Origin: a virus
Taxonomy: Duplodnaviria > Caudoviricetes
Strand: one strand, 5' to 3'
Virus record (IMG/VR): IMGVR_UViG_3300016472_000106
Span: 1 to 30,559 of that record
Length of the DNA stretch: 30,559 bases
Made by a program: the position numbers and the translations under genes. Position 1 is the stretch's first letter. Each line of letters starts with the position of its first letter. A model generated the notes under the pieces. It did not search any database. It saw nothing but the letters and a program-made list of their open reading frames with translations, and had not been told where the DNA came from. Positions 26,613-30,559 of this stretch are shown piece by piece.

Positions 26613-28021
26613 AGGCGTGGTCTTTTGGCTTCCTGTCGCATTTTAGCTATATACGCTTCTATCCTGATTACACCTTTGTTAAAAACAGTTGCCGGTTGTT
26701 GCCATTGGCTGTCAATAAGTCGTTCTTTACACAAGTATCTCAATGCGTCACAGGCGTGGTCATTTCCCTCTGTGTCTGCATCTTCCGGTTTGCGTTTATC
26801 AATAGCTAAAGCTGGTAATGTTTCTAACAGGTACGGGCAGTTAGCGAAAATATACAACAAAGGTGGCTTGCTAACCAACCTCTGACGTATTTGAGACCAA
26901 CCGGACAGTCGGTCATTGTCGGCGTGTTTCCAGTTTGGGTGCTTATAGCCAGCAAAGACTTCGTGGAATTGGTCGGCAATACTTGGGCCGCCTTCGTTCT
27001 TAAAAATGCTAGGATCGGCTACAGCTACTGGATGTTCTCCCACACTTGCGGCGGCAATTCGTTGAGCTTGAGTTTTGTTATCGATTCCTTTTCCCCACAT
27101 TTCTCGATAAATGATGATAGCTCCTTTTGGATACGGTACTTCATTACCGCTGTCATCACGTCCAGAACTAACAGCACCCCACACAGCAGCAAAAGGGGAA
27201 CGATAGCCCCAATCATAACCCAAGTAGCGGGGCCAATGTTTTGGGACATTGAATGGAGCAATGATATGCTTAGAACTAAACTCAGGAAAATAACTACCCT
27301 CATGGATTTCAAAGTCTCCTTCTAGCCAAGCCCGCACAAGTTCAGGACTACCAACCATGTGCAAGCGATTAATATACTCTGGGTCTTTTGCTAACAGTAT
27401 TTGATTATCGTGCACTCTGGATGGAATGTAGATGTAATCAAACGAACTTCCGTTAGGCAGTTTTTTTGTTAAAACCTGCATACCCTTTGGTGCTGGTTTA
27501 ACAAATAACTCCTTTAGCCAGGTATGACCTATACCACCTGGGTTAAAGGTAAGAATAACCTGGCCACCACCTTTACCTCGGAGTGCACCGAACAGCTTCC
27601 AAATAGGGGATGGGTCAGCGTAGTTGCCCGCCTCTTCTACAGCGGCATGACTTAAATTTTGACCCTGATACTTTTCTGCATCATCGTCATTAGCTAGCGG
27701 CCTAAACCTGAGTCGACCACCGTTAACAAAGGTAAACTGCTTTTTCTGATCTTGCCAATGCGCCCGCAAAGGCAAGTAAATCTGTTTAGCACGTTCAATT
27801 AAGTCATCGGCCTGGGGTAATTCTTTACGAAAGAATATAGCGTTAAAATCCGGCCCAAGCTGTTCTTGAGCCAACGCAAACTTACCCAACACCCCATCAG
27901 TTTTACCGCCACCACGAGCCCCACCGTAACCTATAAGCGTGATTGGGCAGTGAACCAAAGCCTCTTGAGGACCGATTTGAGGGCACCATACAATCTGCTC
28001 ATTTAGATTGTACTCATCCAT
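26609..28021 (-). CDS. terL: Terminase large subunit
   Basis: Walker A GGARGGGKT, Walker B AAVEEA, motif TFNPGG, nuclease GYDWG and DHACDALRY. Confidence 0.95.
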   Translation of the reverse strand: MDEYNLNEQIVWCPQIGPQEALVHCPITLIGYGGARGGGKTDGVLGKFALAQEQLGPDFNAIFFRKELPQADDLIERAKQIYLPLRAHWQDQKKQFTFVNGGRLRFRPLANDDDAEKYQGQNLSHAAVEEAGNYADPSPIWKLFGALRGKGGGQVILTFNPGGIGHTWLKELFVKPAPKGMQVLTKKLPNGSSFDYIYIPSRVHDNQILLAKDPEYINRLHMVGSPELVRAWLEGDFEIHEGSYFPEFSSKHIIAPFNVPKHWPRYLGYDWGYRSPFAAVWGAVSSGRDDSGNEVPYPKGAIIIYREMWGKGIDNKTQAQRIAAASVGEHPVAVADPSIFKNEGGPSIADQFHEVFAGYKHPNWKHADNDRLSGWSQIRQRLVSKPPLLYIFANCPYLLETLPALAIDKRKPEDADTEGNDHACDALRYLCKERLIDSQWQQPATVFNKGVIRIEAYIAKMRQEAKRPRL

Positions 28022-28190
28022 TACTGACCATTACCGCATTATCGCCATAAATGCGCTCAACATTACACTTAGGATTCTGGCAATAAAAGTAACGGCCACT
28101 ATTATCCGCCGTAGACAGGGTACTTACATGCCCACAACACGGGCAACGCTGAGTCTCACCCTCTTCCTTGCAACTATGCTCTACTCCCAT
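28014..28190 (-). CDS. 58-aa zinc-ribbon protein (not in ORF track)
   Basis: MGVEHSCKEEGETQRCPCCGHVSTLSTADNSGRYFYCQNPKCNVERIYGDNAVMVSNG*; overlaps the terL start. Confidence 0.6.
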   Translation of the reverse strand: MGVEHSCKEEGETQRCPCCGHVSTLSTADNSGRYFYCQNPKCNVERIYGDNAVMVSNG

Positions 28191-28360
28191 AACCGACGAT
28201 AAGCCTCTTCAGTACTTAAATTAATCTCTAAAGCTACAAACTGACGACACATTCCACAAATTACAGTGTCCAAGCCAGTTGTAACAACACCAATTATCTT
28301 ACACCGAGGACATTGATAATAAACTTGTCTAGCTAACCTCTTAATTTTCCTACGTTTCAC
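28181..28360 (-). CDS. 59-aa CxxC-CxxC zinc-ribbon protein (not in ORF track)
   Basis: GTG start; MKRRKIKRLARQVYYQCPRCKIIGVVTTGLDTVICGMCRQFVALEINLSTEEAYRRLWE*. Confidence 0.55.
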   Translation of the reverse strand: MKRRKIKRLARQVYYQCPRCKIIGVVTTGLDTVICGMCRQFVALEINLSTEEAYRRLWE

Positions 28361-28491
28361 AAAAAAGTTACAAAAAAGTAAAAAAGTTTTGAATAAAATG
28401 AAACTAAATTCGTCTTGTATTTATTTAGTTTAGGTTTCGTATAGATTACGCTTAGTTACCCTTACTCTACCTATCACGGACTCGTGGGAGT

Positions 28492-28956
28492 CTACTCTAC
28501 CTCCGAATCATTCTTGATGTATTTCTGAATAAACTCTTCTTTGCTCAACGGCTTACCACTAACAACACTCCTAACCTCGCCGCTAATCTCAATCTGGTGA
28601 GCCTCACTCCAACCTAACTTAGTCTTTATAAGATGTAACAAGATAGGCGTGTTCCCATTCATAGCCTCAGCCACAGCTACACTCGCTAAACCCTTCTGCA
28701 TATCAGTCTGGCCCTCAAGGAACTCAGCCATATAATACTTCTCAAGGATGTATACGCTTATCCTTGCCCCTAAAGCGACCTGACCCTTACCCAACCCCAT
28801 CCTAGCTAAATCTCGCACCTGTAGGGCAAGCTGCTCGTCCTTAACGTGCCACCTAGTCTGAGGTACATCCCGCATTACAGGAGGCAAAATTTCCAGATTT
28901 TTTATATCAGCAACAACCTCCGGCAACGCTTCCGTTTTAAACTCGTCATCTTTCAT
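28492..28956 (-). CDS. terS: Terminase small subunit
   Basis: HTH-like N-part, AMNGN...L.HL.KTKLGW.E motif; upstream of terL; AGGAG SD. Confidence 0.8.
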   Translation of the reverse strand: MKDDEFKTEALPEVVADIKNLEILPPVMRDVPQTRWHVKDEQLALQVRDLARMGLGKGQVALGARISVYILEKYYMAEFLEGQTDMQKGLASVAVAEAMNGNTPILLHLIKTKLGWSEAHQIEISGEVRSVVSGKPLSKEEFIQKYIKNDSEVE

Positions 28957-29143
28957 AAAAACTAGCTCCTAATAGAACAATGGTTGATTATAGTTTGAGA
29001 ATTTTTAGTGAGAGGTTGGATATATATGTAACCGGTACTCGACGATTTTCAAAATAGAAAAGTTTTGGAAAAGTTATCGCAAGGTTATGACGTAAGTAGC
29101 TGATATCTGGAATGGATTTAGGAATCAAAGGTATATTTCCCTT

Positions 29144-29171
29144 GCGCCCGATAACTGACATTATCGGTCAA
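29144..29171. other. dif/Xer-like tyrosine-recombinase site
   Basis: GCGCCCGATAA-CTGACA-TTATCGGTCAA: 11-6-11 layout, ATAA-N6-TTAT core, 7-bp perfect inverted repeat. Confidence 0.5.
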
Positions 29172-29181
29172 TTTATTATAA

Positions 29182-29391
29182 CTATGCGATGTCGTTGAGC
29201 AATTCGGTGAACTCCTCTGTCGTCATACCGCTCGCTTGTAGCAACGCCAGTATCTCGCACATGTGATACATGCGCTTGCATCTCTCTCTATACCTTAGTG
29301 CTACCGGCGATATACCTATCAGCTCGCCAAATGCGACTCTCGTAAGTCCTAAGCGCTTCCGTATTGCTTGATACAAGTTACCCTTTGACAT
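29182..29391 (-). CDS. XRE/Cro-like HTH transcriptional regulator (69 aa)
   Basis: IRKRLGLTRVAFGELIGISPVALRYRE. Start placed at MSKGN because the track's extension overlaps the divergent promoter. Confidence 0.8.
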   Translation of the reverse strand: MSKGNLYQAIRKRLGLTRVAFGELIGISPVALRYRERCKRMYHMCEILALLQASGMTTEEFTELLNDIA

Positions 29392-29520
29392 AGGCAGGGT
29401 ATGATAGTGTCCGACCTTAATCCTAGCGTTAGGTCGCTTGTGTAGTTTGTTATGGTGTTGGCTGACATTAGGCCACATACCCAACCCTGCACTTTTTTCC
29501 CGATCCTTGTCAAATCCCTC

Positions 29521-29548
29521 TTGCGTATCCGACAGGAACCAGTATAGT
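29521..29548 (+). promoter_or_regulatory. Sigma70-like promoter of the early operon
   Basis: TTGCGT-16 nt-TATAGT. Predicted +1 near 29555 coincides with hairpin ATGAGTCG-AAT-CGGCTCAT. Confidence 0.55.
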
Positions 29549-29573
29549 GCGGTCATGAGTCGAATCGGCTCAT

Positions 29574-29593
29574 ACTAACTAACTAACTAACTA
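29574..29593 (+). repeat. (ACTA)5 tract before RBS
   Basis: Directly visible; recurs at 29844 and 30543. Confidence 0.9.
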
Positions 29594-29603
29594 GGGAAAA
29601 TAT

Positions 29604-29795
29604 ATGAAACTAAAAGACATTCAAGAGAAGTATGCGTTCATAGCTACGATCAATCGTAGCAACTCAAGTTATGGTAACTATGCTGTGAGACTCAAGATGC
29701 CCGTAAATCATATAGAATTCTTTTTTCGCTTACCTGAAATAGTCAAGTTTCTGGATAGTCACGTTAAAGATTTACGATCGGGCAATTGTTTATAG
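29604..29795 (+). CDS. Hypothetical early protein
   Basis: 63 aa; AGGGA SD after the ACTA tract; the stop abuts the ribozyme. Confidence 0.7.
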   Translation: MKLKDIQEKYAFIATINRSNSSYGNYAVRLKMPVNHIEFFFRLPEIVKFLDSHVKDLRSGNCL

Positions 29796-29845
29796 GTCGA
29801 AACTCCCTTTGGGGAGTCTAGGCGTTATGCGCCTACTGATGAGAC
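29796..29845 (+). ncRNA. Type II hammerhead self-cleaving ribozyme
   Basis: GTC-GAAA-CTCCC(TTTG)GGGAG-TC|-TAGGCG(TTATG)CGCCTA-CTGATGA-GAC. Complete catalytic core, three stems, GUC cleavage after 29818. Confidence 0.92.
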
Positions 29846-29859
29846 TAACTAACTAACTA
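29844..29859 (+). repeat. (ACTA)4 tract before RBS
   Basis: Begins within stem II of the hammerhead; followed by GCGAGG and ATG 29870. Confidence 0.9.
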
Positions 29860-29869
29860 GCGAGGCAAT

Positions 29870-30232
29870 ATGCATAAAAAAATTGAACAGATTGTACAAG
29901 AACATATCGAAGTACCTGAGGATATCAGACGACTAGCGAGCATGGCTACTATGGATTTATTGTGGGGTCCGATAGGACTCGACGATGATTGGGAGGTAGA
30001 AAACTATCAAGATTTCCAATCGGCCTGTAAACGGATTTCAGATTGGATCGACACATTGCCGGGGGAAATGTGGGTGGATGTCGATTGCGAGTTTGTTATG
30101 TATTCCGAGCCGACTTCCGAAGAAGTTGATGGAGAAGTTGTCGAGCCATGCTGGGAGTCAATTTACTATGTTCAAGGTCGAAGTGACGTAGTCGAGATGG
30201 TTTTGAATCACTATTTATGCGGGTATGTATAG
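29870..30232 (+). CDS. Highly acidic hypothetical early protein
   Basis: 120 aa, D/E- and W-rich; GAGG SD. Confidence 0.75.
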   Translation: MHKKIEQIVQEHIEVPEDIRRLASMATMDLLWGPIGLDDDWEVENYQDFQSACKRISDWIDTLPGEMWVDVDCEFVMYSEPTSEEVDGEVVEPCWESIYYVQGRSDVVEMVLNHYLCGYV

Positions 30233-30245
30233 ACTAAACCTACTC

Positions 30246-30306
30246 TACTGGATACAGTACAACACAGAGAGCCCTAACGGGCTCTCGATGCTGAACTGAA
30301 TCAGCA
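30246..30306 (+). other. Intergenic structured element (long imperfect hairpin)
   Basis: GAGAGCCC-TAAC-GGGCTCTC core, extendable to about 30248/30304. Confidence 0.6.
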
Positions 30307-30323
30307 ATAACTATGGAGATATT

Positions 30324-30539
30324 ATGGAGACAATTACACACAATCGCAAAACGATTACACCGAATGGCCAAGCATACCTCGATGCGAGCACCAAGTACGG
30401 CTATCACTATACCACACTAGCAACCGATGAGACGGGCAATGAATACCGATTAATCTGGTTAGTCACCGACGAAACTCTTATGTTTGAGGCCGATGAATGT
30501 TGCGATTGGTCACAACCTGACTACGTAGTCCCACAATAA
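30324..30539 (+). CDS. Acidic hypothetical early protein
   Basis: 71 aa; DETGNEYRLIW...CDWSQPD; GGAG SD. Confidence 0.75.
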   Translation: METITHNRKTITPNGQAYLDASTKYGYHYTTLATDETGNEYRLIWLVTDETLMFEADECCDWSQPDYVVPQ

Positions 30540-30542
30540 CCA

Positions 30543-30554
30543 ACTAACTAACTA
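30543..30554 (+). repeat. (ACTA)3 tract before the RBS (CGGAG) of a gene beyond the window
   Basis: Directly visible at the window end. Confidence 0.85.
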
Positions 30555-30559
30555 CGGAG

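Noticed and set aside
5173-28202. Many antisense and alternate-frame ORFs in the track over the late operon
   Set aside because: They are shadows of well-supported genes, with no SD or recognisable motifs.
29392-29556. N-terminal extension of the HTH ORF in the track
   Set aside because: It has no SD, overlaps the divergent promoter, and the HTH domain is complete from MSKGN.
30233-30306. Hatchet or twister-sister ribozyme call for the second spacer
   Set aside because: Only superficial similarity (a UACUG/CAGUA hairpin); the conserved cores could not be placed.
29574-30554. (ACTA)n, i.e. (TTAG)n, as telomere-like or iteron repeats
   Set aside because: The tracts are short, internal and always directly 5' of an SD, which fits an mRNA-level role better.
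1-30559. Stop-codon reassignment, tRNA genes, introns or inteins
   Set aside because: Genes tile densely under the standard code, with TAG, TGA and TAA all used as stops. TerL and MCP are uninterrupted, and no cloverleaf was noticed by eye.

Overview
About 30.5 kb of a tailed dsDNA bacteriophage with a podovirus-like layout: P22-like portal, adaptor and nozzle, ejection proteins and no tape measure. 1-4800 (+) holds small DNA-metabolism and accessory genes, including two paralogous ssDNA-binding-like proteins, a DUF551-type gene and a Holliday-junction resolvase. 4797-28956 (-) is one long late operon: TerS, two zinc-ribbon mini-ORFs, TerL, portal, an AT-rich insert with three paralogous beta-rich structural genes, scaffold, major capsid, decoration proteins, adaptor, internal proteins, nozzle, an SLT-bearing ejection protein, an S74 tail fibre and a lysis cassette. 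29182-30559 holds an HTH regulator and a divergent early operon. The best non-coding signal is in that early operon: a complete type II hammerhead ribozyme (29796-29845) between two small genes, a second long hairpin in the next spacer, and (ACTA)n tracts before the ribosome-binding sites. A dif/Xer-like site lies at 29144-29171. All calls come from reading motifs by eye; no database search was run.
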